Assembly: GCA_048013815.1 (NCBI GenBank)
Contig: CM106586.1
Location: forward strand, 17,670,001-17,734,000
DNA length: 64,000 nucleotides
DNA from: Setoptus koraiensis
Taxonomy: Eukaryota; Animalia; Arthropoda
Reading direction: 5' to 3'
Below, piece by piece: positions 1-12,318 of this stretch; the stretch's first letter is position 1, and every line of letters starts with the position of its first letter. Position numbers and translations under genes: made by a program. The notes beneath the pieces are model-generated. The model was not told the origin of the DNA, did no database searches, and saw only the letters and a list, made by a program, of their open reading frames with translations.

Positions 1-39
1 TGGTCTGCTTGATTTGTTGATGATGCTAATAAGACTTAC

Positions 40-805
40 CTTTGGGTGTAGTGCCTGGAGGAGGTAGTATTGATTTACATTCATTGCCTTCGGGTTTGTA
101 ATTGCGACAGATCATATCAGGCATACGGGATAGAGCTCGTTTTAGGACTAGATTTACAAAATTGAGCGCTTCTTTTCCGCATTTCTTCTCAACGTGACTG
201 CCAATACACGTCTCAAATCTGCGATATGTACAACAGCCTACTGGTATCCTTTTCTGCCAATTATCACCACCGAGAGTGAGAATCTCAAATGAGGCTTGTA
301 AATCTTTTATACAAGCTTTCTGGTGGTTCTTTTGGGCACTGTTCAGACAAGTGGCATGCTTCAAGTAGGATTGACGAAGCGGTGTACCAGGTTTGCAATA
401 CTCATCAAGTAGATCCATAGATCCTTCAGCCATAAAATTGACCATTTGTCGCTGTAATTGTGTCATACACCTTCCCGTGTAATTCTTCAAACAGTTGTCT
501 GCCTCCCGCAGATAACCACATTGTTTGTTTAGATCGTTGTCACTAATGGCGAGGCCAGAGGGACTTTGAGTAAAGACAACCAATGTGGCGGCACATAAAT
601 CTAGCTCTCTCAGATGGCATGATTGAGCGTCGATGCATGCTAAATAAACTTTGTATTGATGAAAATTTTATAGAATTTATGTAGCGAGACTGGTTAGTAA
701 ACCGAATGATTGGAGGGATTTGAGCTATAATTGATATGCGCAAGATATGTATGACTTACCAATAAAGATGACGCAAACACAACTAAGCCCTAAAATTTTT
801 TTCAT
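40..805 (-). CDS. Secreted cysteine-rich protein (arthropod/chelicerate family with CHLRELDLC-type N-terminus); exons 805-760 and 639-40, gene continues beyond the left edge
   Basis: ATG at 805; exon 1 encodes a signal peptide MKKILGLSCVCVIFI; GTAAG donor at 759, tttatttAG acceptor at 640 (120-nt intron); spliced frame joins the 26..583 ORF (A-CIDAQSCHLRELDLCAATLVVF...). A second GTAAG donor at 39 after PKG means the ORF-track stop at 26 is intronic. Confidence 0.8.
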
Positions 806-1805
806 TATAGTTCGTGGTGGAAAACAAAAATATAATGAATGATCTAACTTAAAACCACTTATAGTATTGAATGCGATCCTTGTTGTAGACTACTTTTTGA
901 AGACTACTCTCAGCGCAAATTCTGATCTTTGGGTTATTCCGATGGCTTGAAAATGTCTCAATTGAACATTTTAAAATAATTTGAAAGTTTCTCTTGTTTC
1001 ATAGATATCTTTTTCTCGAATGACAAAAAGTCAATCTTAATATTAGAACGGAAAGAAACGTATCCTTTCTGGCGTGACTCCATTTCCCGTTTAGACTATA
1101 ACTTGCCTTCTGAGTCGGACTTGTACCACTTTCACTTATCAATATGTGGAAATGGTGCTTGTGCTACTGACCAAGTCTCCACTGTTACGATTGTCGAAGT
1201 TTATAACAAAACTACGAGACATAAACTCTGAGATTGAGTGCGATTAAGTCTCGTTTTAGTACAATTTTTTATCGAGTAGTTAAATACAAAAGGTGCCAAT
1301 GAAGTGAATGGGCGGTGCAAGTGTGAGTGAGCTAGAGGCAACCCACCAAAAGATAATGTCCATGGTTGACTGGACTCCAACTACTCTTTCCACCACTTCT
1401 TTACGGCATCAACTGTGACTAGAATGAATGTGGACTTTATCTGATACAATCAGCCTTTTCTTCAAATAACTTCGCGACTGTTACTGTAGTGTTATGAATA
1501 GAAAGTTAGCTTATGAGAATGCGAAAACAGATTACAATTTACAAGAATTTGATGTCGCAATAATGATACTGTTGATTAGCCCGTTTATACTGTATTAATA
1601 TCAACTAAACAGCAGCCTTGGTGCTAGATTTTGCCAAAATTACTTTGGCCAATCCAAATTTGCCGCCGTAAGGGCGAGTGAAAACATTGAAAATATCATA
1701 TGTTTTCGTATTTGGGAAGCATTCGCATCTCGTTAAACTTTACTGTTCTCTACGTGAAATATTTTATCCAATTATCATTATTCCAATCTATTGTATCTAA
1801 TTCTA

Positions 1806-2456
1806 ATGTCAATTAAAGGATTGGTTGATTATGAGTACAGCGACGATGACGACGAGTACGACCACGAGATCTCACCGAAGAGCCCCACGAAACCTAGCGA
1901 GGAGGCGGTAACTAGTGGTAACTCGAAAGCTATAGAAAAAAACTATGAACCAAAATCTAAATACGATGACGATGATCGCGATGATGAAGATGAAGACGAA
2001 TTAAAAACAAATCTAAGTGCGAAAATTAATTCGAATGAATTGGAAGGAATTCTAAGGGCTATCATGACACAAGGTGTCAAACACAAGCCCGTCACGCCAC
2101 AAGAATATCACGAACTATTAAAATCGAAAGACTCCGTAGATCTACTACCAACCTCAGACAATTTTCCCCACTTGACCTCTATGCGAAAGAAAATGGACAA
2201 AGCTTTTAAAAACAAAGAAGATGTACGCGAAAAAACGGGTCTAGATTTAAACCGTTTTATACAATCAAAAAGGGAGTTTAGAAACCCTAGTATTTATGAG
2301 GAATTGATTGGATTTAAAAACATAGACGAATTTGGTACAAACTTTCCAAAAGATTATTATGACCCACAAGGATGGTCCAAGGAGTCATACTATGACTCTT
2401 CTCTTTATAAACAAACGGATGATAAGAGCAGAAAGCGACATAAGGCATCATCCTAA
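1806..2456 (+). CDS. SAP30BP: SAP30-binding protein (HCNGP family), intronless
   Basis: MSIKGLVDYEYSDDDD acidic N-terminus and the hallmark FRNPSIYEELI...IDEFGTNFPKDYYDPQGWSKESYY motif; first ATG at 1806 (track start 1791 is TTG). Confidence 0.9.
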   Translation: MSIKGLVDYEYSDDDDEYDHEISPKSPTKPSEEAVTSGNSKAIEKNYEPKSKYDDDDRDDEDEDELKTNLSAKINSNELEGILRAIMTQGVKHKPVTPQEYHELLKSKDSVDLLPTSDNFPHLTSMRKKMDKAFKNKEDVREKTGLDLNRFIQSKREFRNPSIYEELIGFKNIDEFGTNFPKDYYDPQGWSKESYYDSSLYKQTDDKSRKRHKASS

Positions 2457-2469
2457 GCGGTCCTCATTG

Positions 2470-2769
2470 TTAGCCTAGTCCACCTCCCGTGAGAAGACTT
2501 CCTTTAATGTAGGCCAAATGTGAAATGGGATCAATTGGTGATATGATCGGTTCATGTTTGTGTATGATAGGTATCGGTAACGGAAGTGGCACTGGGATAG
2601 GGAATAGGAATTTCTTTCTGTTTCCCAGTACAGTTGCTGCGATAGCTACTTTCTTGAGGGCTTTCACATGTTTTTTCCTCAAGTAATGAGGGTGCACATA
2701 ACTGGTCGGTGTCAGAGTTGCCATTAGGAATAATAAAATAAAGAATATACTCAAAATTGTGTGACGCAT
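2470..2769 (-). CDS. Small secreted cationic, Pro-rich peptide (99 aa), function unknown
   Basis: ATG start, hydrophobic signal peptide (ILSIFFILLFLMATL), Lys-rich segment KKHVKALKKVAIAATVLG, and an FPIPVPLPLPIPII motif. Confidence 0.7.
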   Translation of the reverse strand: MRHTILSIFFILLFLMATLTPTSYVHPHYLRKKHVKALKKVAIAATVLGNRKKFLFPIPVPLPLPIPIIHKHEPIISPIDPISHLAYIKGSLLTGGGLG

Positions 2770-5445
2770 GATTCTGAAGTTTGATGTTGACGTAACTTTC
2801 GAAGGTACCTGTAGTTATATTTCTGATATTTTCTTGGTATTTTACGATTGCTACGAATTTGAAGTTTCAGTTTCTTTGGCCGTAAATTGAAGATTAGGTG
2901 TAGTGATCATGAATACTTCTTAACTATAAATGTAGAGAGCGATAATACTGTTCACTTGATGGCCAATCGTCTATCAACTATAACAGTAATCAATGACATC
3001 ATAGATTTTTAAGAATAACAATTGTAATTAAATTTGCGATGATATTACGAAATTGAAAAGTTAGTCCGAACTATTCGAACTACAAGCACTGGAATGTGCA
3101 ACATAGTCGGTGCAAGATTCGATTTGGAAATTCAGAGAACTGAATAAATTGACAGGTTTATTCAACAAAAAGAGAGATATTAGATTACGGGGCTTGTATG
3201 CACCTTGAACCCCTGAGAGGTGTCGCTCTCCACTAAGAGTCAGTTAGCTGTAGTTGTTTGCTCCAGAAGTCACACTGTACTACTAGATTGTATTTTGTTC
3301 AACCTAAATAAACAAATTGTCAAGCAATGACCATTAGCAAGACTGCTGTTGAACTCATTAATAGTATTTACTTTTTTAGATACCAACTTATTGAAGTATT
3401 GTAGTCCGGTATTGAAAGGCTCCATGCCAGCATCCATGACACTGAACGGTTAGTAAACATGATTTCATTGTTACACGGAGCATTATCGTTCAGCTATTCA
3501 TTCTGGTTTAGCAACTAGCTTGCCGTTCGCACATTAGCGATACAGTTTTTAAAGCCAACTTTCTCTTTACCGTAGAAACAATCAAAAGTAGCTAAGATTG
3601 AAAATATTGCGTCTCAGCAAATCGCCAGTTAGGAATTGTTATGGTAAGCAAGAACAATGTGATAGTTGCGTAAAACGAGATCAGAAACTCCTAGAATTGT
3701 TATCTCGCGAACATATTTATCAATGAAGTAACGTTCAATGACCGCACATTATTGCATAAGCATATAATCGAATAACTGTTAGAAAAAAGTATATAACAAT
3801 ATATTGTGGCATGCATGAATAAACGGACCCTTGTTCTTTGCAAAATTTTAAGTTGAGCATTGAATAACTAGAGCAGTGCATCAAAAATTAGCCAGTGGTC
3901 ACTATTTGTTAGTCAGTTGTTACCGGCAGTAGTTTGTTTGTCGCATGTTATATGGAATACGAGTGGACAGAGAATATGAAAGGCGTTATAAAACAATTTG
4001 ATAAGTGTTAGCTGTTGGCCCTATAAATTGCCTCGAGACAAATTCTATGCTTGACCGATCACTTTCTCGTCTCTCAGGCTCATGTGTGACTCGCCCAGTA
4101 GGAAAGGTCGGCTTGTACCGATTCCGGCCAGAACATAGCAATCCCAACAGCAACAACATCAAGTGATACTAGAGATGATAACGAGTTTTGAATGGCAAGT
4201 CCGCCCCCACATTGTGTACTGTACTCGGTTCGGACTTTGGCCGACGTGACTTGGCCCGCTGGCGCCGCAGCAAACCAGGCCAGACCAGTATCATATGTTG
4301 CGTTATCGTCGCGTTGGGTTATCGTCGAAAGTGCAGTTTGCAGTGACCAGAAGGGGCATAGCTGCAGCGAATCGTCGGTGACACGGACAGAATCTATAAT
4401 CAATATATCCGCTGCTGCAAGCCCTGCGAGAATCTCGCAGCGACCAGCGAGGGCCCCTGCAGATGAGTCTGTAGAATAGCAATCACACAATGGAATTGTT
4501 GGCATCCTATGGCCTTAGTGTAGTATTTTGTGTGTAATAGTATATATTAGTATGCGTTTGTTTGCTTGTTTGCGCCAGCCAAGACACACACAAATATGAA
4601 AGAGCAAACGAACAAACAAAAAGAATTTGCCTTATTGGGGCGCATCGTTTGCTGTTGGGCGCCCACAAACTGGCGCACTAATAAAAAGGCCAATATGTTG
4701 CAGTAATACAGGCGGCAATTTGAGCTTCAATGAGAACCGTTCTCAGAGAACGAAAGAGGTAGTGTGACTGACGACTGACTTAAACGAAAGAATATTCTTC
4801 AAAAGAACGCACAGAAAATAACTGTTTTGTGCACAGCAGTGCGCGTTTTGCGCCACAAAATGCACTTGCGTGCCTTTGTCGCTGAAGGCTTTAGAATTTT
4901 CGCTTCTTCTTCTTCGTTGGTTCGTTCGTGTCACATTCGCGTTGCACTGGTCGAGACGTGAATTTACTCGCCCTAGCCATGTTATTATTATTATTTTATC
5001 ATCGTTATTATTATTGTTAATGTTGTAGTCCTCTGTTCGCTGTCTGACTGTCGCCCAATCGGCCCATATCAAATTGCAGCCCACTACTGATCAGTGTAAA
5101 TTTCACCGCTCGCCGAACTGAACATATTTATTTGTTTATTGTTTACTGAATATTCATTTATTTATTTATATCACACGTTCACTGGCCACAATCAACACTG
5201 GTACCCACTGAACAACAGCATGTGAGATACTTGGTCAGTCCACGCAGCCGACACCTTCCGCAGTCTGGGAGCCACTGTTAACCTGACAAATTCGACATTT
5301 AGACAATATCACCCATCAGCTTGCCATTGTGATGCCATACTATTGGAAATCTATCTACTGAATCTAAGAGAGCCAATTTTAATTTAGTATCAAGTTATCT
5401 CAACACGCAGCTAGGAATCAGATCTAAGAAACAAATCTAACAGAG

Positions 5446-7081
5446 ATGGACAACTCCAACGCCAACGCCAGCGCCAACGAACAACAACAGGAGCACCAGC
5501 CCGAGGAGAGGCGTCTCTTCACCTCCATGGCGCACGTCTTCGAGATAGATCCTGTCACGAAACGTAGCTGGACCCCCAAAAGCGAAGAGGCAGTGCCAGT
5601 GTCTTTAGTCATAGACTTGCGCCAAAAAATATTAAGTCTCATTGGCACGGACCCAAAGAAACAACAGACTATTATCAACAGTATTATATTGCCAAGGACA
5701 GTTTTTACACGCACATCACAAAAATTTGGCCAATGGTCAGACAGTAATGCCAATACGGTTTACGGGCTTGGATTTGCCACAGAGAATGAATTAAACAAAT
5801 TTGTAACTAAATTTGGAGAATCTAAAAAATTGTTACCTACTATTACTACTGTTATGCCATCATCATCATCATCATCATTAAATTACCAACAACCCCATTT
5901 GGGCTCATCGGCCTCATCCTCATCGTGGACAAACAACAGTTCAGCTCAGCAACATCAACAACAGCATGTCTACAATGCTAACCAATCATCTTCGGACCTC
6001 AACCAGGTCTGTAATGATTTAGCCAGTGCCCAATTGGGTACACACACCAACACCAATAACCAACAAACTATACAATCTCAATCTCTAGCAAACAACGATC
6101 CAAACATGACTGCAAATAATAGCCAGCTTAACCAGAATAATAATAATAATAACAACAACAATATTGCCCTTGATAGTAATGGCAATAACAGTAGCTTGAT
6201 CTCAGACGCCGGGCCCGATATAGCCATGAACAACAGTGTGGGCTCACATCATAGAAGTCATAGTATGTCGGGAATCAGGGCCAGGATGAACTCCAGTTCG
6301 CCCACAAAAAGTGAACAGCAGTTACAGCAACACGAACAACATCATAGCAACACATTGGGACATAGTGTCAAACATCAGCCATCTTCTCACTCGACTGCAG
6401 GAAGTGTCTCGAAATCCACAAACAACAACAATGATTTGCCACTATCAACTAGAGAGTCTCTGCTTCAATATGAGAATGACCGCTTAAAAATAGCCTTAGC
6501 CGATGTCAACATCGACTTTAATGCAAATATGAAAAAGTGGCAACTTGAAGTACAGAAACTCAAGACAAATATATACAAGCTCACAGGAGCACTGCAAGAA
6601 TCCAACAATAATAGGAGTGAATGGGAACAGCTGTTGAATAAATTGAGAAATGAAAATGCCAAATATCAAATAAGAATACTAGAGTTAGAGGCGGCTAATG
6701 GTGATCCGGAGGCAAGGGCTGGCCTCCAGGAAAAATTTGATCGTTTACGCCATGAGCTTGAAAAAAGTCAAAATGAACTCAAAAATAGAGAGTGCGAAAT
6801 TAGTGTTTTGAGAGAAGATTTGGAGGAGCTTAGAAAGGAGAAAAATTCACACAAGGTAGGTGACAGTTGTAAACTCGTTATCTTTCATTGACTACTAAAA
6901 AGACACAGATTATTCTAATCAGAGAATTTATTTTGTCCTTCCTCACTCACAGGTCAACAATAACACGGACTCTCAGGATATAAATAGACAATTTGAGGTT
7001 GTTTACACTAAGATAGGTTCTAAAGTTCGTGAGCTTGACGAGATACACCAAGAGTTTGGATTGTTGTTGGAATCGAAATAG
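5446..7081 (+). CDS. homer: Homer scaffold protein (EVH1 + coiled coil); exons 5446-6855 and 6953-7081
   Basis: EVH1 motifs AHVFEIDP..K.SW and FTRTSQKFGQWSD..ANTVYGLGF; coiled coil YENDRLKIALA...LTGALQES; phase-0 intron GTAGG 6856..cactcacAG 6952 (97 nt) gives C-terminus VNNN...KVRELDEIHQEFGLLLESK*. Confidence 0.93.
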
Positions 7082-7500
7082 TGATTATCATATATACTTA
7101 TATGTATAGAGTGATTGCTAGCTTTTGTCCTCTCAGTACAGCCACTGATTTGGACTGGTGAAGGTACAGCAGGCGTATTTATTCTATTTGTACGGCCTCT
7201 TTACTTGATTGTACGATTTATATATTCTTATTGACTGTAGAGAACCAAACAGGAATTAAATATGTGCAGAATCGTGCTTTATTTTGAGCGTGGACAAAAG
7301 TTGAAAATCTCCAAAATATATAAAAGTTGACTAATTCACTCAAAATAACTGTTCTATACGACCTACTAATAAACATTCTACTTGCACTGTGAATCAATGT
7401 CGGTTGGTCAACTAAATTACAAGACTAATTGATTAATTGTTCTGCTGATGCTGTAGTTATAGGTTTTGTTTTTATTATTATTTCTATCGCTCATATTTTA

Positions 7501-8388
7501 TTAATATACAGTTGCGACAAAAACCCATTTCTTAAGATTGGAAAATTTACTCTTGATAGATTGTTTCGTTTCTTTTGAGCAATAGGATTGTAGATAAAAG
7601 TTTGAGAATAGATAAATGAATATACAAGAGAATATAATATTTGTCATGAGGAATACTTTTGGGAATTGGCAGGATGGAATAAATAATGGCTGAGCCGAGT
7701 GGGCGATCATTATGAAGAATTGCACGATTTGAGCTAATGTCAAGTATTTTTTCCACCATAGATAGGGTTGTAGTGATTGATAAGTAGCCAAAAAGTAGTA
7801 GGAATACATAACGGTGTGAATGATTGTATTTAAGAATGGGAATATAGCTGAGTTGCCTCCTGGCGCAAATTTCACAAAGAACCAAACTGCTATTGGCACG
7901 GAAAAGTGATGGAATACGTGAAAGGCGCTAACCTGATTGAATTTCTTTCTCAATGTAAAACAGATTGTGTCGAAGAATTCAATGAGACGCGAACTCATAA
8001 ATATGTATCCAAGCTTGATGATGGCCATCGATTTTGGGTCTGTCGATGTGTGATCGATGGGCCTACAACCCCAGATGTCTAGGCCATAGTTGAGTAGGCG
8101 GCACGCTTGAACAACTCCGTAAACATTGAGTAGTACCATAAACAAATTGTAGCATCGGATGGGATTTTTCAAATCGAACGGTTTCCTGTCCATCATGAGG
8201 CGAGGACCTAGTACCTTGACAAAGTACAGATATAGTAGACATAGTCCCACAACGGGCCATGGTCCACCGCCTAGCATGGGGTATGATTTCACTCTGGCGT
8301 CTCCATATTTGTCCCAGAATCCCTGATAGATGTACTCAAATGTGGACTGGACGTTTTCGACTGGTATAACTTCGGCAAGGCCGCTCAT
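7501..8388 (-). CDS. ELOVL: Very-long-chain fatty acid elongase (ELO family), intronless CDS
   Basis: HVFHH histidine box, EFFDTICF.LRKK, NTIIHTVMYSYY and WWKKYLT..QIVQF motifs; multiple TM segments. Confidence 0.95.
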   Translation of the reverse strand: MSGLAEVIPVENVQSTFEYIYQGFWDKYGDARVKSYPMLGGGPWPVVGLCLLYLYFVKVLGPRLMMDRKPFDLKNPIRCYNLFMVLLNVYGVVQACRLLNYGLDIWGCRPIDHTSTDPKSMAIIKLGYIFMSSRLIEFFDTICFTLRKKFNQVSAFHVFHHFSVPIAVWFFVKFAPGGNSAIFPFLNTIIHTVMYSYYFLATYQSLQPYLWWKKYLTLAQIVQFFIMIAHSAQPLFIPSCQFPKVFLMTNIIFSCIFIYLFSNFYLQSYCSKETKQSIKSKFSNLKKWVFVATVY

Positions 8389-9659
8389 TATTGATTATGT
8401 GTAGTAAGTTGCTGTTGATGATGGCTAAAATAATGTCAATTAGTAGACAGTGTTGTTGTTGTTGATGCTGTTGTTGTCTCAATGGGTGATTATGTGGTTG
8501 CTGCTGTGTACCAATAAATCAGACATACATACATATATATAAATCACTATAGTCTAAACTAGCTTTGCGCTTGTTTGTCGTCTGGTCGGTGTCGATCAAT
8601 ATCGAAATGAGTCCTAATGAGCGTGTGTCGTCGATCTTATATACTATCGTGGCTATCGTTGATTGTTGTAAGCGCGATGCTATTGTCTAATTGTCTATTA
8701 ATGTGTGTTATAGTTGTAGAGAGATATTACTATTATTATAATTGTTATTATTATTATTTATGGTGGTAGACGAGTGTTCAAGTGGAGAGCTGATTAACGA
8801 ATTAAATGAAAACTCTTTGATCACTCAAGTTTTATATTGGCAACTGGCGGTGCTGATGATGCGCCGCGCCTAGCTGACAATAATCTCATAGCAGAAATAT
8901 TATCATCGTCATAGTAACAAGTAACTATTGACCGACGACGACGTATAGGACATACCCAAAAACAAACAGCAACAACAACAGCAACAGCAACAACAACAAG
9001 TTAACAAGCAGCAGAGTGAATCAAGGTGAAAGATGGTGGCCAGCTTGTGCAGTTGTTGATCAAACGATGATAGTGTTGCTCATCATGAGCGGTATCAGTG
9101 TTATCAGTGGTGGTTGTGGTGGTTTTGGTGGGGGAAAAGTGCAGCAATTGGCAGTGTATGGCGAAGTTCATATGATATCATGAAACATTGATTACTAACT
9201 AACTAACTAACTAACTAGCGACGATGCTCACCAACTACGACGAAACGACGACGACGACGACGATGATGATGCTGTTTGCTGTTGTGATGATAATGATGAT
9301 GGCGATGATGATGATAGTGGCGATGAAGATGACGATAGTGGTAACTATAGTAACGACGATGCTTACAGGTGGTGAAAAAATGTTCAGAAGGAAGGTATTT
9401 TCCCGATTTATTAGTACGTATGGCTCGAGTATAGCTTATAGTGATCGTATCACGACGTAAGTCATCAGCATCTAGTTTCTACATCGCTACTCCAATCAAC
9501 TAATGCTATTTTGTTTAAGATTGTTCAAGATGCTGTTTTGTGAAAACACACACACAATTATATATATCGATGGGGGAAACACACCAATCCGGATACGACA
9601 CACACACACACACACATGAGGAAGATGTTTGTTTGTATGCAAACAATTTCTGCAAGAGA

Positions 9660-9690
<31 letters not shown>

Positions 9691-10727
9691 CTAAATATTA
9701 TTCTCTGGCAAGACTCCTCCTATATGGAGTCGGTTCGGTAGCTGCGAGAGCGAAGGAGGAGACACATGTAACAAGCTAACAACAACAAGAGATATAAGCG
9801 CAACTGTCACAAGTGTCTTGAGGAAGAACAACAGGGGAAAGCAACGCGTCGTTGCTGCTAAATTTAGCCTGCCTTGGTGGCTGTTGTCAGTGTTGCTCTA
9901 GTATCTTGTTGCTGTTGCCTAGGTGATTTTATCTGCCTGCCGCATTTTATCTGACAAGCAGCAGATAAAATGCGCTGGCTGACTCTTGTCGCTGTCTGGC
10001 CGGCTACTTTGTTGTGTTTTGTCTGGCCGGCCGGCCGGGCGCGCCAATTGATCGTCTGGCCAATAAAATCTAATCTTATGTGTGTAAGATTGTAAGGTTA
10101 CACACAGTGTAAGATCCCGCGGCTTGCGTAATTGATTGGCTGGCCGACTGGCTGGTTCACGGTTGCAAAGGTGAAACGGAAAGGTGAGTGTCGCTGCGAG
10201 CAAAGGTTAATGAACAGCAATCAATTTAGCCAAACGCAATCAAATAGCATTATTGTCGTCGTGCATAATGTGTGAGATGCACACAGTGTGTGTGTGTGTG
10301 TGTGTGTGTGCAAAAACGTGTGTAAAAGTGTGAGCTCGCCAATGGCCAGTCACCTGTTTTCTGTTGCAACTTGCACAAGTCACAATGCGCCGCTTTTTGT
10401 CACACAAGCTTGTCGTTGTTGTTGTTGTTGAGTCGTGTTGTAAAGTGTCAAAAAGTGTCACTTGCCCATGTTGCGCAACGATGCTCGCGAGTGGGCGAGT
10501 TAGCTCACAATTGTCATAACAACAAGACACTGTGTGACACACAAGTGAATTATTCAATAGCGCGTGATTTAACAAATTGATTTTTGTAACAGACAAAGCG
10601 AGCGATTAGACACTCTTTGGCAGCCGGAAGTGTGACTCACAAATGCAGGTGACAAATACGCGCCATCGCTGCAAGTAATCACTGGTTATTAATTAGTGTT
10701 AGCACCAAAAGTGCACCAAAAGTGCAC

Positions 10728-10750
10728 CAACAGCAACAGCAGCAACGACG

Positions 10751-10809
<59 letters not shown>

Positions 10810-10823
10810 GACAACGACAACAA
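10728..10823 (+). repeat. (CAA)n compound microsatellite
   Basis: About 30 CAA/CAG/CGA triplets read directly. Confidence 0.95.
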
Positions 10824-11867
10824 ATAGCAGCGTCAAGCAACAACATGAGAGCGACAGTCGATGGCCGGCATCAATATTTGCAAATTGATGCCGGCGATAG
10901 CTAAACAGTGACACATACGGACTGTGAATGATACAGTGACGGGCGTCATATAATTTTCAAATCATTGTGCTGATACTGTCAACAGATATACTAACTGATT
11001 CTAATTATTTGTCATTATCAGTTATCTCATTGCTGACGGCCGTTGCCACAGTGAGCGGCAGCGTATCCGTTAGATTGACACTTGCAGCGGACACTTGTTG
11101 TTGGTGGCGTTACGGCGACACCGATAGCATCTGGCGTTGATGCTATCAAATCGGGAATGTTGGCAACGTCAGCGCGCATTGATGCAGCCTGACAAATTGT
11201 GAATTGTGAGCAACAATCGGTCAGCCGCAAACAACAGCTCGCATTTGCGGGCGGATTTAATCATGACGCGGACGTCGTAATGCGGATATCGCAGATACGA
11301 CGACAGCGCGCACGAATCGTGATCAGATTGGCACAACGACGACAACAATGGCGAGAATAATGCAAATTATCTGGCTTGAGATCAGCGCGCGCCTGTCGCC
11401 GACGGAATTGCGGGCTCATGGCGAGTGGAGAAAGTAAAGCTGCCAGCGATGGATAAATATTTGCTCTGCAACAAAAGGTGGTTTCGTCCGGTTATTTCCT
11501 CTCTGTTTGTGCGCCACTCACCGTGGCCGCCGCCACAGACAAAACAAGCGGAAAGTGTCTCGCTTTTGGCGTTTCATGAGTCAGTGCCACTTGAGCGATT
11601 ATCGCCGACGAGCGATAATCGCACAATTTTCGCCAAATTGCAAACTATCGTCTGAGACAATTTTGGCAAAATTGTTCCGAACGATGCTCTGACGAGCGAA
11701 GGTGAGCGGCTACAATTTGAACACTGTCAATGGCACATTGTCGGGCTAGCGCCGGGGTTGACTCCGCGAGCGACTAGCAACTGATTTGAACTATTCGAGA
11801 CTAACAACCAATTTGTGGATAGCACACGTTTGAGCGCCATTTGACACAATTTGTCGCTATTTCGCTA

Positions 11868-11939
11868 CTCATTTGCCCAGAATTGTCGCCTCTCATTTGC
11901 CTAGAATTGTCACCTCTCATTTGCTTGTAATTGTCACCT
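11868..11939 (+). repeat. 24-bp tandem repeat x3 (CTCATTTGCCYAGAATTGTCRCCT)
   Basis: Units at 11868, 11892 and 11916. Confidence 0.9.
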
Positions 11940-12161
11940 GAGTGCGCTGAGAAAGACCAAAGTCTAGAACGCCAATTGATTTACTGGCGACACGGCGAGC
12001 TGACTATTGTGACGATTATGAGACGCTCGTCACCCATTGCCGAGCCAGACAGTGTGTGGCTACAACGAGACCAACTGGTAATTTGTGGCCACGAGGCACC
12101 GCCATGTGCCCGGCCATGTGCGCGGCATGCGAGCGGATCGGATGGGTCGGATCGGCTTGCT

Positions 12162-12318
12162 TTTTCGCATTTTCGCATTTTCGGATTCTCGGATTCTCGG
12201 ATTCTCGGATTCTCGGATTCTCGGATTTTCGCATTTTCTGATTCTCGGATTCTCGGATTCTCGGATTCTCGCATCTTCGCATTTTCGCGTTCTCGCAGTT
12301 TCGCATTCGCGCATTTTC
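12162..12318 (+). repeat. 8-bp minisatellite TTYTCGSA x~19
   Basis: Interleaved TTCTCGGA and TTTTCGCA units; explains the spurious RESENPRI / FSDSRIL ORFs. Confidence 0.95.

Noticed and set aside
4080-4505. 141-aa minus-strand ORF with an overlapping 95-aa plus-strand ORF
   Set aside because: No recognisable motif or compositional signal; may be UTR or a decayed element. Not supportable without a search.
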